DNA of 64,000 nucleotides from Candidatus Bathyarchaeia archaeon (GCA_049521795.1 JBEKOM010000001.1:32001-96000); one strand, 5' to 3'. Shown: positions 39,762-50,310, numbered from the stretch's first letter. The notes: generated from the letters alone by a model not told the origin. Program-made: numbers and translations.

Positions 39762-40424
39762 CTAGCTCCATAGATGTCTCGATGGGCAAAGCCTAGCTAG
39801 TGGACATTCCGTGCACAGTGGAGTTTTTGCCTTGCAGTACTTTCTCCCGTGCAGAATCAACAATATGTGAACAGCGAGATAGTCTGTTGGATCGTAGATC
39901 GACTGGAGAGCTCCACGCACAGTTTCGTAGTCTGCCTCTTCAGCTACTAGGCCCAGCCGTTTCGATACTCTGTTGACGTGCGTATCAACTGGCACCGTTG
40001 GTTTCTTGGCGCTGAACAGCAATAACACGTCTGCTGTTTTGGGTCCTACCCCCGGAAGTTGCAAGAGCTCGTCCCTTGCCTCATCAAGAGGCTTTGACAA
40101 GATCTGTGCCAAGTCACCGTTGTATTTCTCGAGTATTATCTTTGAGACTTGGTGTATCACTCGAGCTTTGTTGTGGTATAGACCGCCGACCTTCAAGTAG
40201 TTTTCGACCTGCTTGATCTCAGCATCTGCGAGGGCTTCGGGAGTTATTCGGAACTTGTTCGAGAGGTTTTCGAAGGCTCTTGCCATGTTCTTATCGTTCG
40301 TGTTTTGTGAAATGATCGTTGCAATCAACGTTGCGAAAGGGTTGCGAGCCGCGGTCGTCCACGTTGGCACCGCAAACGTAGTGCGAAGTATTCTCAGGAT
40401 TGTTTCGGCACGACGGTCAGCCAT
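39762..40424 (-). CDS. nth: Endonuclease III
   Basis: HhH LPGVGPKTA, VDTHV.R, 4Fe-4S C-x6-C-x2-C-x5-C. Confidence 0.92.
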   Translation of the reverse strand: MADRRAETILRILRTTFAVPTWTTAARNPFATLIATIISQNTNDKNMARAFENLSNKFRITPEALADAEIKQVENYLKVGGLYHNKARVIHQVSKIILEKYNGDLAQILSKPLDEARDELLQLPGVGPKTADVLLLFSAKKPTVPVDTHVNRVSKRLGLVAEEADYETVRGALQSIYDPTDYLAVHILLILHGRKYCKAKTPLCTECPLARLCPSRHLWS

Positions 40425-40497
40425 TACGGATCCCCTTGTTTTGAAAGCAATAAATAGTGAGTACCTAAAGCTACTAATAAGCAATGGAGAGGGAAGG

Positions 40498-40869
40498 TTG
40501 GAGCGGGCAAGAGTCTTTAAAGACGAAATAACTGAGCAGAGCACGCGTTTTCTTGCGGTCTACGTGGAGGCGAAGAATTCATGTTTGGTAATGCTGAGTG
40601 AGAGGGAAGACAAGCTTGGGACGCTTGCAATCGCCGTTCCGAGACCGAAGGATTTGCTCGGTCCCCCATCATCTTCAGTTCTCCTCGGGGACAAGAACGC
40701 GATTTCAGCCCGCATGTTCGCAGAACTCTTGGCTGCAAGAAAGGAGAAGATAGCCTTGGTCTCGGTTTATCTTGAAACGATGGATGAGACGCAGGCGCAG
40801 TCAGTCTTCAAACGCTTGATAGAGAAGGTTGCCCACGAGCAGCCTCAGAAGGAGGCGTCTGGCGCATGA
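40498..40869 (+). CDS. Hypothetical protein (possibly proteasome assembly chaperone-like)
   Basis: KLGTLAIAVP...SSVLLG; TTG start; coupled to the UbiD-family gene. Confidence 0.55.
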   Translation: MERARVFKDEITEQSTRFLAVYVEAKNSCLVMLSEREDKLGTLAIAVPRPKDLLGPPSSSVLLGDKNAISARMFAELLAARKEKIALVSVYLETMDETQAQSVFKRLIEKVAHEQPQKEASGA

Positions 40870-42212
40870 GCCTCAGAGAATTTCTCAAGCAAATGGAAAA
40901 AGAAAGGGAAGTTTTGCACGTAAAGGATGAAGTCTCATCACGCTTCGAAATGGCGTATATAATGAAGAGCTTTGACAGCGAAGGCCCAATTCTGCTTTTT
41001 GAGAACGTTGATGATCATGCGACGAGGGTTGTTGCCAACGTCTCTGGGACCAGGAAGAGAATTTGCAGAGCGCTCCACGTTGGCCATGATGAGCTTTATG
41101 GAAGACTGACAGCTGCTTGGCGCTCGCCGAGTAAACCCAACGCGGTCAAGAATGCTGCAGCTAAAGAGTGTAAAGAGAAAGATGTTGACTTATCGAGGAT
41201 TCCTGCTCTTACTCACTTTGAGAAGGACGCAGGGCCTTACATCACTTCGGCAGTTGTGCATGCCAGAAGTCTCGACGGAGAGGTTGAAAACGTTTCAGTA
41301 CATCGCCTTCAGGTTTTGGACAGAAAGCACTTGGCTATTCGTCTCGTGCCCCGGCATCTTTTCAAATTGTGGCGAATGGCAAAGGAGGCTGGAAAAGACC
41401 TTGACGTCGCGATCTCTGTCGGCGTTCACCCGGCAGTGTTGCTGGCAGCTTCTTGTCCTTTGCCCTTCGGCGTGAGCGAGTACGGCGTTGCAAACGCCCT
41501 GTTGGACAACAACCTTAAGCTGACTGAGTGTGAGCACGTGAGCGCTTGTTGCCCAGCTGAGGCTGAGCTTGTCTTGGAAGGAAGAATCTCGGCGACGAAG
41601 GAGGTTGTTGAGGGTCCGTTTGTCGATGTCACCGGAACTTATGATGCGCAGAGAAGACAGCCGGTTGTAGACATTGTCGGTCTCTCGCACAGACGGGAAT
41701 ATGTCTATCATGCGCTTCTCTCTTCAGGAGCTGAGCACAGGCTCATGATGGGGTTGCCTCATGAAGTGCTGATCTGGGAAGCGGTTTCGAAGGTTGTGCC
41801 GAGGGTTTGTGCAGTGAACCTGTCAGTCGGTGGATGCGGGTGGCTTCACGCTGTGATCTCTGTTGAGAAACAATTGGAAGGTGATGGGAAGAACGCTTTG
41901 CTGGCGGCCTTTGCGGCGCATCCGAGTTTGAAACACGCGGTAGTTGTGGATTCTGACATTGACGTGTGTGACGTTTCAGACGTGGAGTGGGCTGTTGCGA
42001 CGCGTTTTCAGGGAAGTGAAGACTTGATCCTGATGGAGAACGTGCGCGGCTCAAGTCTGGACCCTTCAGCGGATCAAGAAAGGGTCTTGACTGCGAAAGT
42101 GGGCTTCGACGCCACTAGACCTTTGGGCAAGCCGAGAGAGAAATTTGAGAAAGCGAGAATTCCGGCTGGCGACAGCGCTGAGAAGACCGTTCACAGGTTG
42201 CGTCGAGCATGA
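40866..42212 (+). CDS. UbiD family prFMN decarboxylase (possibly anhydromevalonate phosphate decarboxylase)
   Basis: EKDAGPYIT, N.SVHR, EGPFVD.TG.Y, VDSDID, SSLDPS. Confidence 0.88.
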   Translation: MSLREFLKQMEKEREVLHVKDEVSSRFEMAYIMKSFDSEGPILLFENVDDHATRVVANVSGTRKRICRALHVGHDELYGRLTAAWRSPSKPNAVKNAAAKECKEKDVDLSRIPALTHFEKDAGPYITSAVVHARSLDGEVENVSVHRLQVLDRKHLAIRLVPRHLFKLWRMAKEAGKDLDVAISVGVHPAVLLAASCPLPFGVSEYGVANALLDNNLKLTECEHVSACCPAEAELVLEGRISATKEVVEGPFVDVTGTYDAQRRQPVVDIVGLSHRREYVYHALLSSGAEHRLMMGLPHEVLIWEAVSKVVPRVCAVNLSVGGCGWLHAVISVEKQLEGDGKNALLAAFAAHPSLKHAVVVDSDIDVCDVSDVEWAVATRFQGSEDLILMENVRGSSLDPSADQERVLTAKVGFDATRPLGKPREKFEKARIPAGDSAEKTVHRLRRA

Positions 42213-42218
42213 GCGGAG

Positions 42219-42716
42219 GTGACTTGTTTGGCTGGTGAGAAAAAGAGAGAAGGAGACGTGTCTCTGAGGGTTGAGGACATTATGGTGAAGGAGGTCGTTA
42301 CCATAGATGAAGACTTGACTGTGAAAGAAGCTGCGGAGATCATGAACAAGTTTGAGATCGGCTGCGTGATCGGTGTGAGAAAGGGGAAGGCCATGGGAAT
42401 ACTGACTGAGCGAGACGTGCTGAAAAGGATAGTTGCAGAGGGCAAAGATGCGAGTAAGACTAAGGTCAGAGATGCTATGACGAGTCCTCTGGTCATCGCT
42501 GAGCCGAGTATGGACCTCGCGGAAGCGGTGAAGATGATGTTTCAGATGAAGATCAAGAAACTGCCCGTGGTCGATGGAAAACGTCTCGTAGGCCTAGTAA
42601 GCCTTACGGACATAGCTCGTTTTCAGCCTCAGATGATCACCATACTGAAGCAGCTTGCAGCAAAACAGACACCACCGAAAAGCATGCAGAAAGTCATCGA
42701 CCGCTACGTTGTCTAG
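42219..42716 (+). CDS. CBS domain pair protein
   Basis: GILTERD and GLVSLTD tandem CBS motifs. Confidence 0.88.
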   Translation: MTCLAGEKKREGDVSLRVEDIMVKEVVTIDEDLTVKEAAEIMNKFEIGCVIGVRKGKAMGILTERDVLKRIVAEGKDASKTKVRDAMTSPLVIAEPSMDLAEAVKMMFQMKIKKLPVVDGKRLVGLVSLTDIARFQPQMITILKQLAAKQTPPKSMQKVIDRYVV

Positions 42717-42771
42717 ACAAACGCTCAAGGTCCCTATTCCGATTAAGCGAGCATGGGTGTTCCAAAATTCC

Positions 42772-42997
42772 CTAGCGCGCGCTAAGCATGAGCGCTACAT
42801 CCCTGTGTTCGCGTTTTGACCCGTCTATTTTACCCTCCCCCTCCCCCTAGGGTGCTAGTACTGCACATAGGCGTTCGTGAGGGTCCTAGTGGATTTGTAT
42901 GGGCTTCAAGCTGAGCGCGTGTAGAGGGCTTGAAGGAGGTCTGGGCGAGCGTAGTACTTTTCTATGTGCTTGACCGTCGCTCATTAGCGCGCGCTAG
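42772..42997. repeat. MITE-like or long palindromic intergenic element
   Basis: CTAGCGCGCGCTAA (42772-42785) inverted at 42984-42997; nested GCACATAG/CTATGTGC and CTTCAAGC/GCTTGAAG. Confidence 0.5.
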
Positions 42998-43491
42998 TAA
43001 ACCAGGGAGCTTTCTTTCCACATTCTTAGAAGTTTCTGGCATTCCTCCGCTACTTCTTTTTCATGGGTCTTGCTCTTCAAAGCTTCGAGGAACTCTATTC
43101 GTTTCTCACCTGAACGCTTTTCCGCTACTCCTCCATAGTAGAGTTCTCCCTCAAGATACTCCTTCATGCTGTTGGCTTTCTGCACGAAGACGCTGGCCGC
43201 GTCAACCGAATTTTCAACAGCGTATTCATTTGCCCACAAAGCCGCCTCTGCTTGTCGGAGCTGCGTGAGACCGTCAATCTGTCTTACGCTGCGGACGTAG
43301 GTTCTGAAAAAATCGTAATAGCCGGCGGTCTTGACGAGAGCCAATGCTTTTCTGACTTTCTGCCTGAAGGCTGCGCTTCCTCTGATCCCTATGCGGTGCT
43401 TGTATCCCCCAGCGATTAGCGCTCTGGCCTGCTTGACTTCTTCTTCCGTGTAGACTCGCGCGGGGAAACTCGAGGAAATCTTGACCCTCAT
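42994..43491 (-). CDS. Hypothetical protein
   Basis: 165-aa ORF downstream of rps25e. Confidence 0.7.
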   Translation of the reverse strand: MRVKISSSFPARVYTEEEVKQARALIAGGYKHRIGIRGSAAFRQKVRKALALVKTAGYYDFFRTYVRSVRQIDGLTQLRQAEAALWANEYAVENSVDAASVFVQKANSMKEYLEGELYYGGVAEKRSGEKRIEFLEALKSKTHEKEVAEECQKLLRMWKESSLVY

Positions 43492-43542
43492 GTCGGTAAA
43501 AGCAGGTTCTGTAACTGAATAGGGAGCAGGCCCGTGAACGGC

Positions 43543-43866
43543 TCAGTCTACCCGGTATATTTTGATGTTGTGATTTCCTGAAACCAGTTGGATCGCGCCG
43601 TTTTCTTTTAGTTGATCCAATAAGTCTTTCGCTGTGCTTATGCGCATGTTGAAATGCGTTGCCACAGAATACGGTGTCAAGACGTGCATCTTCTTCAGTT
43701 CGCCAATGACCTTTTCACTCTTCGCGTCTGGCGGGATCACTGCAGGCAGTTTCTTCTCCTTTGAAGGTCCCGCCTTCTCCTTTTTCTTCTTGTCTTTATC
43801 CTCACTGTCCTTTTTATCCTGCATGCGTTCAACTTGTTTCAGGCTGAGTTTCTTTTTTCCACCCAT
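43543..43866 (-). CDS. rps25e: 30S ribosomal protein S25e
   Basis: MGGKKK basic N-terminus; LTPYSVA....ISTAK.LL..L wHTH. Confidence 0.88.
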   Translation of the reverse strand: MGGKKKLSLKQVERMQDKKDSEDKDKKKKEKAGPSKEKKLPAVIPPDAKSEKVIGELKKMHVLTPYSVATHFNMRISTAKDLLDQLKENGAIQLVSGNHNIKIYRVD

Positions 43867-44034
43867 TTTGATCAGCTTCCAGTATTGAAATTTGTAGGGT
43901 GGTTCTTAAGCATTTTCCGTGTCGGAAGCCGTTTTCGTGGACATTGAAGATGGTTGGAGACTATTAAGATCACGGAGTAGGCAGGCAGAAACTTCTGATT
44001 TGACAAAAAAGAAAGAGAGAATTGGCGAAAACGG

Positions 44035-44256
44035 CTATTTGCCCATCACTTTTTTCGCTGCGATCTCGATGTCCTCAGACTTTATGGTTTTTCTCCCAGC
44101 GTGCATTGCGAAGTCCAAGGCTTCTCTTGCGATTTTCACACCGATTTCCTCTAACGCTTTGGCCAGTTCTTTTGCTGCCGCTTCGCTTACTCTATCCGCC
44201 CCAGCCTTTTTGCACAATCTGTGCATTGGGGCTACGGCTAATTCTAATTCGACCAC
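44035..44256 (-). CDS. Archaeal histone (HMf-like)
   Basis: [22 protein letters not shown]...[12 protein letters not shown]. Confidence 0.93.
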   Translation of the reverse strand: MVELELAVAPMHRLCKKAGADRVSEAAAKELAKALEEIGVKIAREALDFAMHAGRKTIKSEDIEIAAKKVMGK

Positions 44257-44622
44257 AAATAGTCCTCCGTAGCCTCTTTTTCTCTTTAAAGCCGTATTTA
44301 ACGTTTATTGTTCATAATTCTTCTCGGTTGATCGCGCTTGTTTAATCTGTAGCCACCTCCAGAGATGGATTTAACGTCTCGAAGCAAAATGCTGTTCGAC
44401 TTTCTGGGATCTAACAGTGCTATTTCTCTTCAATCGCATGTTTTTTTCAGTCTGCGCGCGCAAGCAGCGCATTCAGCACTAAACATCTAGGCTGTTTCAG
44501 ATTATTCGACGGTTGGAATAGGTAAAGTTAAATTAGCCTTGTTATGCTTATGACAGCTTGCTTCAGCAAATCCTTAATCATGGAGCACAGAACAACAGAG
44601 ATGTACTTGGAGGAACAGTTGC

Positions 44623-44850
44623 GTGGGAAGTGTTCGAACCGAACAGATCAAACGCACGGCCAAAGAACTGATTAGACGTTTCCCCGGCAAGTTTTCCCGT
44701 GATTTCGAAAACAACAAGCACATGGTTTCGACTCTAGTGCAAGGAGGGACGCCGAAAGTGAGAAATCAGATTGCCGGGTACATATCGCGCTATTTTGCGG
44801 CTGAAGAAACTGAGCCGCCAAGTGAAGTTGTGGAAGAAGAAGTGGAGTAG
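44623..44850 (+). CDS. rps17e: 30S ribosomal protein S17e
   Basis: MGSVRT..IKR.A...DFENNK...RNQIAGYI. Confidence 0.93.
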   Translation: MGSVRTEQIKRTAKELIRRFPGKFSRDFENNKHMVSTLVQGGTPKVRNQIAGYISRYFAAEETEPPSEVVEEEVE

Positions 44851-44902
44851 CTCTGTTAGGGGCGAGTTGACCTCAAAACTCGTGCAGAGACGAAGGAAAT
44901 TG

Positions 44903-45280
44903 ATGGACGAGTACAGAAAGGGTTGGGCGCTTCGATATCTGCGCGAAGCAAAAGCAGAGCTTGAAGCTGCGAGAAAAATGCCTTACATGGCTCCGAGCCT
45001 GGTTTTGGAGGCTGTTAGAAAAGCTCGAAACGCCATTTACTATAGTCTGGGGGAGCCTGCGTTCGTCGAAATCGTCGTACGAGACACTGCAGAAAAAACG
45101 CAGCCTCAGATGATTAGCGATCCCGTCCTGAAGTGTCTAGTTGAAATCGAAGGAATCGTGCTTCAGCTGTCACAACTTGAGGAAGTGGACAGTGAGAGAG
45201 CGATGAAGCAGGCAGACACTCTGATACAGTTAGCATCAGAAATCGTTGAAACTTTGACAGAAGAAAAAACAGAGGATTGA
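44903..45280 (+). CDS. Helical hypothetical protein (HEPN-like bundle possible)
   Basis: RYLREAKAEL..A...A.RKA..AIY helical pattern. Confidence 0.6.
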   Translation: MDEYRKGWALRYLREAKAELEAARKMPYMAPSLVLEAVRKARNAIYYSLGEPAFVEIVVRDTAEKTQPQMISDPVLKCLVEIEGIVLQLSQLEEVDSERAMKQADTLIQLASEIVETLTEEKTED

Positions 45281-45286
45281 GGAAGC

Positions 45287-46459
45287 CTATTGTTTCTTCA
45301 GAGACTTTTCTATGCGGTCTAAGGCCTTCTTGATGTTCTCAATCGAGTTCGCAAAGGATATGCGCAGATAGCCCTCGCCGAACTTGCCGAAAGACGTTCC
45401 AGGCAACACTGCCACGCCTCCGTTGTAGAGCAGGTGATCCCCGAGCTTGCGACTGTTCATGCCTGTCCCCGTTATGTTCGGAAACACGTAGAAAGCCCCG
45501 TGAGGCTTCTTGCATGTCATCCCTTTTATGTCGTTTAGGCCTTTGACTATGACTTCTCTCCTCTTCTTGAACTCTTCGACCATTCTTTCCGGTTCTTTCT
45601 GAGATCCCGTTAAAGCTTCAACTCCAGCGAGCTGAGTGAAAGTGGCAGTGCACGAGTTCGAGTTAGTCATCAGCTGCGCGACTTTTTCAGCCAAGTCTTT
45701 TCTCATGACACCGTAGCCGAGTCTCCATCCTGTCATGGCGTACGTTTTTGAGAAACCGTCCAGCAGGATCGTCTTGTCCTTCATCCCTGGGAATTGGGTT
45801 ATGCTTTCATGTTTGCCCTCGTAGATTATCCTGCTGTAGATCTCGTCAGAGAGCACAAAAACATCGTCTCTGTCTTTTAGACAGTCGGCAATGACCTTCA
45901 ACTGCTCCTTCGTGACGACTCCGCCGGTTGGGTTTTCTGGAGAGTTGAGGATTATCATTTTCGTCTTCTTCGTTACCTGTTCCTTCACATATTCGGGGTC
46001 GAGGCCGAACTCGTTTTCCTCTTTGAGGGGTATGGGCACGGCTTTTGCACCGACGAAGTTTATCATAGACTCGTAGATTGGGAAGCCTGGATTCGGGTAC
46101 AGTACCTCGTCGCCGGGGTTTACCAGCGCCAGGATGCTGAAGAACATTATCGGCTTGCCGCCAGGTGTGACGACCACTTCTTCCGGCTTGACTTCCAGTT
46201 TTCTGGTTTTGGAAATGTAATCTGCGACTGCCTGTCTCAGTTCTGGGATACCGGCAGACGGTGTGTAGTGAGTGTAGCCTGCGCTGAGGGCTCTTGTTGC
46301 GGCGTCCTTGATGTTTTTCGGCGTGTCAAAGTCCGGTTCACCTATCTCCAAGTGCACGACGTCCTTTCCCTGCTTCTCAAGTGCCCTGGCCTTTGCGAGA
46401 ACTTCGAACGCTGTTTCTGTTCCGAGAGTTTTCATCCTATCTGCGAAGATAGAGCTCAC
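45287..46459 (-). CDS. Class I/II PLP-dependent aminotransferase (aspartate aminotransferase-like)
   Basis: GEPDF, NSPENPTG, SDEIY, GFSKTYAMTGWRLG. Confidence 0.92.
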   Translation of the reverse strand: MSSIFADRMKTLGTETAFEVLAKARALEKQGKDVVHLEIGEPDFDTPKNIKDAATRALSAGYTHYTPSAGIPELRQAVADYISKTRKLEVKPEEVVVTPGGKPIMFFSILALVNPGDEVLYPNPGFPIYESMINFVGAKAVPIPLKEENEFGLDPEYVKEQVTKKTKMIILNSPENPTGGVVTKEQLKVIADCLKDRDDVFVLSDEIYSRIIYEGKHESITQFPGMKDKTILLDGFSKTYAMTGWRLGYGVMRKDLAEKVAQLMTNSNSCTATFTQLAGVEALTGSQKEPERMVEEFKKRREVIVKGLNDIKGMTCKKPHGAFYVFPNITGTGMNSRKLGDHLLYNGGVAVLPGTSFGKFGEGYLRISFANSIENIKKALDRIEKSLKKQ

Positions 46460-46644
46460 TCAAATCACCTAGTTTTGAAAGGAATTAGACGTAGAAGAGG
46501 ATGAGTATTTAACCATTTTACTTGTCCTGCTTCAAATTCATGATCCGACCTTGCATCATAGCTTCGAAAAAGCGATGAAAACATCAGAGAAAGGTGCGGA
46601 AAAGGTTGATTCGACGTGTTGCTTTGGCTATTTGCGTGCGATGC

Positions 46645-47646
46645 CTAGAATTGTCTTGTCAGTGGCCGAGTCTTCATCACGTCTGGGTTGATCAGGTTCG
46701 GCGGTTTCTTTCCTTCGAAGAACGCGACTAGGTTTTCTGCGACCATCTCGGCCATTCTGGAGCGAGTTTCGAGACTTGCGCTTGATATGTGTGGGGCTAA
46801 GACAACGTTGTCCAGCTTGAGCAACGGGCTGTCGACCGGTATGGGTTCCTGTTCGAAAACGTCCAGTGCTGCGCCAGCAATCCAACCCTCTTTTAACGCT
46901 TTGTACAATGCCTTCTCATCCACGACCGGCCCCCTTGAATTGTTTATCAGATAAGCTGTTTTCTTCATCATTCTGAGCTTCTGCTCGTCTATCAGATGAT
47001 GCGTCTCTTTCATCAACGGGACGTGGATGCTGACGAAGTCCGACTGTTTCAGCAATGTATCGAGGTCGGCTTTCTTTGCTCCGAGCTTCTCTATCTCTGG
47101 TCTTGGCACAACATCGTAGAACAGGATTTTCATGTCGAACCCTGTTGCTCGTTTGGCCACAGCGTAGCCGATTCTTCCCGCGCCCACAACACCGATGGTT
47201 GTGCCGTAGACGTCTCTGCCTGCCATCATGTTGGGGTGCCATCCGACCTTCCATTGCCCAGTGCGAACGTACTTGTCTGCTTCGGCCACTCTTCTGGCAA
47301 CCGCTAGTAGCAAGGCCCAAGCAAAGTCTGCAGTTGTGTCGGTCAGGACTTCAGGCGTGTTCGTTACGTAAATTCCTCTTTTCGTAGCTTCAGGTACGTC
47401 TATGTTGTCAAAGCCCACGGCTAATTGAGAAACGATCTTCAGCTTTGGCGCCGCATCAAAGACTTCAGGGTCTATCTTATCGGACAGAAGCGTGACAAGT
47501 GCGTCCACGTTTCTTGCTTTCTCTATTATCGTTTTTTTCGGCGGCGGAGCGTACTCAGGCCAGACTTCGGTGTCGAAGTGCTGCCTTATTATTTTCAGGC
47601 CTCTTTCACCGATATCCCGCGTAACGTAAATCTTCGGTTTTGTCAT
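46645..47646 (-). CDS. gyaR: Glyoxylate/hydroxypyruvate reductase
   Basis: AVGFDNID, TNTPEVLT, GAGRIG, RGPVVD, DVFEQEP, PHISSA. Confidence 0.9.
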   Translation of the reverse strand: MTKPKIYVTRDIGERGLKIIRQHFDTEVWPEYAPPPKKTIIEKARNVDALVTLLSDKIDPEVFDAAPKLKIVSQLAVGFDNIDVPEATKRGIYVTNTPEVLTDTTADFAWALLLAVARRVAEADKYVRTGQWKVGWHPNMMAGRDVYGTTIGVVGAGRIGYAVAKRATGFDMKILFYDVVPRPEIEKLGAKKADLDTLLKQSDFVSIHVPLMKETHHLIDEQKLRMMKKTAYLINNSRGPVVDEKALYKALKEGWIAGAALDVFEQEPIPVDSPLLKLDNVVLAPHISSASLETRSRMAEMVAENLVAFFEGKKPPNLINPDVMKTRPLTRQF

Positions 47647-47742
47647 GTAATTCACCGTGCAAATGTTTGCGCAATTCTTTATTAGAGTTGACTTATTACA
47701 CTTACGCAATCGTCTTTGAAGAAGGTCCGAGGGACTGCAGAG

Positions 47743-49119
47743 ATGCTGGCAATAAGGAATAGGGAACAGTTGGTCAATAACGGCGAGACTCAGCGCAGCC
47801 GAAGAGCCAGGGAGCTAGCCCTCGGAAGCCTCGAAGCCGCGTTGAACGCGGTGGACCCCAAACAGTTAATAGAATCAAAAGTAGTGCTGAAAGACTGCAC
47901 TCTGAAAGTTGATGACTATTCCTTTGATGTGAGAGAGTTCAAGAACATCTACGTCATAGGCGGCGGCAAAGCAAGTGGATCCATGGCGGAAGCCTTGGAG
48001 CAGGTTCTGGACGCACGCATAACGGATGGGCTTGTAAACGTTCTCCATGAAAGCAGAAACAAGACTAGAATCATAAAGCTTCACGGAGCAAATCACCCTG
48101 TTCCAGACGAGGCCGGAGTAGAAGGAACACGCCGGATGCTTGAGATAGCTGAAGGCGCGACAGCTGACGACCTGATCATATGTTTGATCTCAGGCGGAGG
48201 CTCAAGTCTAATGCCTCTGCCAAGGGGAGATGTCACGCTTGCGGACAAGAGACAGGTAACAGATGCCTTGCTTAAGAGCGGCGGCACAATAAACGAGGTC
48301 AACACGGTCCGAAAACACATTTCAGACTTTAAGGGTGGTTGGCTTGCGAAGAAAGCCTACCCAGCCACGATTTTGAATCTGATCCTGTCCGACGTCACAG
48401 GCGATCCGTTGGATTTCATCGCTTCAGGCCCGACTGTTCCTGACTCCACAACGTTCAGCGAGGCCGTAGGAGTTCTGAAGAAGTATGCCCTTTGGGCCAA
48501 CGCGCCGTCATCTGTAAGGAAGCTCTTGTCGGACGGGGAGAAGGGCCTAGTTCCTGAAACGCCAAAAGCCGGAGATGAGGTTTTCAAGAAGGTTTACAGC
48601 TTTGTTGTTGGGAACAACCGGGTCGCCACTCAAGCGGCATGCGAAGGTTTGAAGTCTGCCGGCTTGAAGACCTTGATGCTAACTGCCATGTTGGAGGGGG
48701 AAGCCAGACAAGTGGGAATCGTGCTGGCTTCGATCGCACGTGAAGCTTCGGTTTCTGGAAACCCTGTTCCAAGACCAGCGGGCATAGTTGCAGGAGGAGA
48801 AACAACGGTGTTCGTGGTTGGGAAGGGCATGGGGGGAAGAAACCAGGAGATTGCCTTAGCAGCAGCGATGAAGCTTGAAGGTTTGGACGGTGTGGCTGTG
48901 GCTTCCTTGAGCACGGACGGCGTTGACGGTCCGACGGAGGCTGCTGGGGCAGTCGTCGACGGGCAATCGCTCGCAAGGGCAAAGGAGATCGGCCTAGCTC
49001 CTGAGAAGTTCTTGGCTGACAATGATTCATACCATTTCTTCTCTAAGCTCGGCGACCTCATCTTCACAGGACCCACGGGCACAAACGTCAACGATGTTTC
49101 GGTAATGGTCATTCTGTAA
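47743..49119 (+). CDS. gck: Glycerate 2-kinase (MOFRL family)
   Basis: GGGKA, HPVPD, SGGGS, GGETTV, GGRNQE, GPTGTNVND. Confidence 0.92.
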   Translation: MLAIRNREQLVNNGETQRSRRARELALGSLEAALNAVDPKQLIESKVVLKDCTLKVDDYSFDVREFKNIYVIGGGKASGSMAEALEQVLDARITDGLVNVLHESRNKTRIIKLHGANHPVPDEAGVEGTRRMLEIAEGATADDLIICLISGGGSSLMPLPRGDVTLADKRQVTDALLKSGGTINEVNTVRKHISDFKGGWLAKKAYPATILNLILSDVTGDPLDFIASGPTVPDSTTFSEAVGVLKKYALWANAPSSVRKLLSDGEKGLVPETPKAGDEVFKKVYSFVVGNNRVATQAACEGLKSAGLKTLMLTAMLEGEARQVGIVLASIAREASVSGNPVPRPAGIVAGGETTVFVVGKGMGGRNQEIALAAAMKLEGLDGVAVASLSTDGVDGPTEAAGAVVDGQSLARAKEIGLAPEKFLADNDSYHFFSKLGDLIFTGPTGTNVNDVSVMVIL

Positions 49120-49138
49120 GACGGGAAGGAAAGCTGCA

Positions 49139-49423
49139 ATGATTGTAAGTGTGAAGTTCGTCGGATCGTTTCGAGGCATCTCCGGCAAGGACAAGCTGAC
49201 ACTCAAGTTTGGACGGCCTGTTTCGCTTACGGCCCTCGTGGAGAAGACTGTTGAACAGCTGCCTAAGCTCAAATCTTCTCTGATCGATCCTGAGTCTGGA
49301 GAGCCTAGAAGGAGCATGCTGGTGCTCGTGAATGGAAGGGAAATCAGTGTTTTGAACGGTTTGGAGACGCGTGTGAATGATGAGGATGAAGTGGTTTTTG
49401 TTCCGGTCGTGCACGGAGGTTGA
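49139..49423 (+). CDS. MoaD/ThiS ubiquitin-like sulfur carrier (SAMP)
   Basis: Beta-grasp fold; VLVNG; C-terminal HGG. Confidence 0.88.
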   Translation: MIVSVKFVGSFRGISGKDKLTLKFGRPVSLTALVEKTVEQLPKLKSSLIDPESGEPRRSMLVLVNGREISVLNGLETRVNDEDEVVFVPVVHGG

Positions 49424-49429
49424 GCTCGT

Positions 49430-50218
49430 TTGAGGCTCATTGCTGTCAAGACACGTGTCGTTAAAGCTGGAGACGACTTGGTCGAGTTGGTTCTTGAGGC
49501 TCTAAAGTCTCAAGGCTTACAGCTGGAGAATAACGATGTGTTGGCGTTGACTTCAAAGGTTGTGTCCTTTTCGGAAGGACGCACGGTTAAGTTAAGTGAG
49601 GTGAAACCTTCGGAAGAGGCCAAGAGACTGGCAAGGGAATATTCGTTGAAGCCAGAATTTGCCGAGCTGATCCTGCGAGAAGCAGACAGGGTCTGCGGAG
49701 GGGTTGAGAGAGCCGTTTTGACGCTCAAGAACGGGGTTATGGCTGCTAACGCGGGCATAGACAACAAGAACGCGCCTTCTGATTATGCTGTCCTGTGGCC
49801 CAAAGACCCTGCGGCTTCTGCAAGGGAGGTTAGAGACCGAGTCAAAAGCAGAACTGGCAAAGATGTCGCCGTTATAATAGTTGACAGCGGCTTGGTTCCT
49901 CTAAGAATCGGAACGACCGGCTTGGCCTTAGCAGTTGCAGGCTTTAAGCCCATAAGGGACAGCAGAGGCTGCAAAGACCTCTTCGGAAAGTCCATCGTGA
50001 TCACGCGACAAGCAGTTGCGGACGATCTGGCTTCAGCAGCCCACCTGCTGATGGGCGAGGCGACTGAGAAAACTCCCCTAGTGCTGATCAAGGATGCGCC
50101 AGTGGATTTTGACGGTAGCGTTTACGGTTCCGCTGACATGATGATGCCCTTCAAAGAATGCATATTCATGAACACGCTGGGGACGCAATCAGGCGTAAAG
50201 AAAAAGGCCAGAGCATGA
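49430..50218 (+). CDS. cofE: Coenzyme F420-0:L-glutamate ligase
   Basis: TSKVVS..EGR, ANAGID..N, DLFG..I.IT..A.AD.LA, MGEA.E. Confidence 0.88.
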   Translation: MRLIAVKTRVVKAGDDLVELVLEALKSQGLQLENNDVLALTSKVVSFSEGRTVKLSEVKPSEEAKRLAREYSLKPEFAELILREADRVCGGVERAVLTLKNGVMAANAGIDNKNAPSDYAVLWPKDPAASAREVRDRVKSRTGKDVAVIIVDSGLVPLRIGTTGLALAVAGFKPIRDSRGCKDLFGKSIVITRQAVADDLASAAHLLMGEATEKTPLVLIKDAPVDFDGSVYGSADMMMPFKECIFMNTLGTQSGVKKKARA

Positions 50219-50310
50219 TCGTTGCCCTTCATGAGGCTCCCAAAGGGTTTTTCAAAACTAGCCCCGTTGCACGAGCAACTGCGAATTATGCATAAAGCCT
50301 TTTAAGAAGT

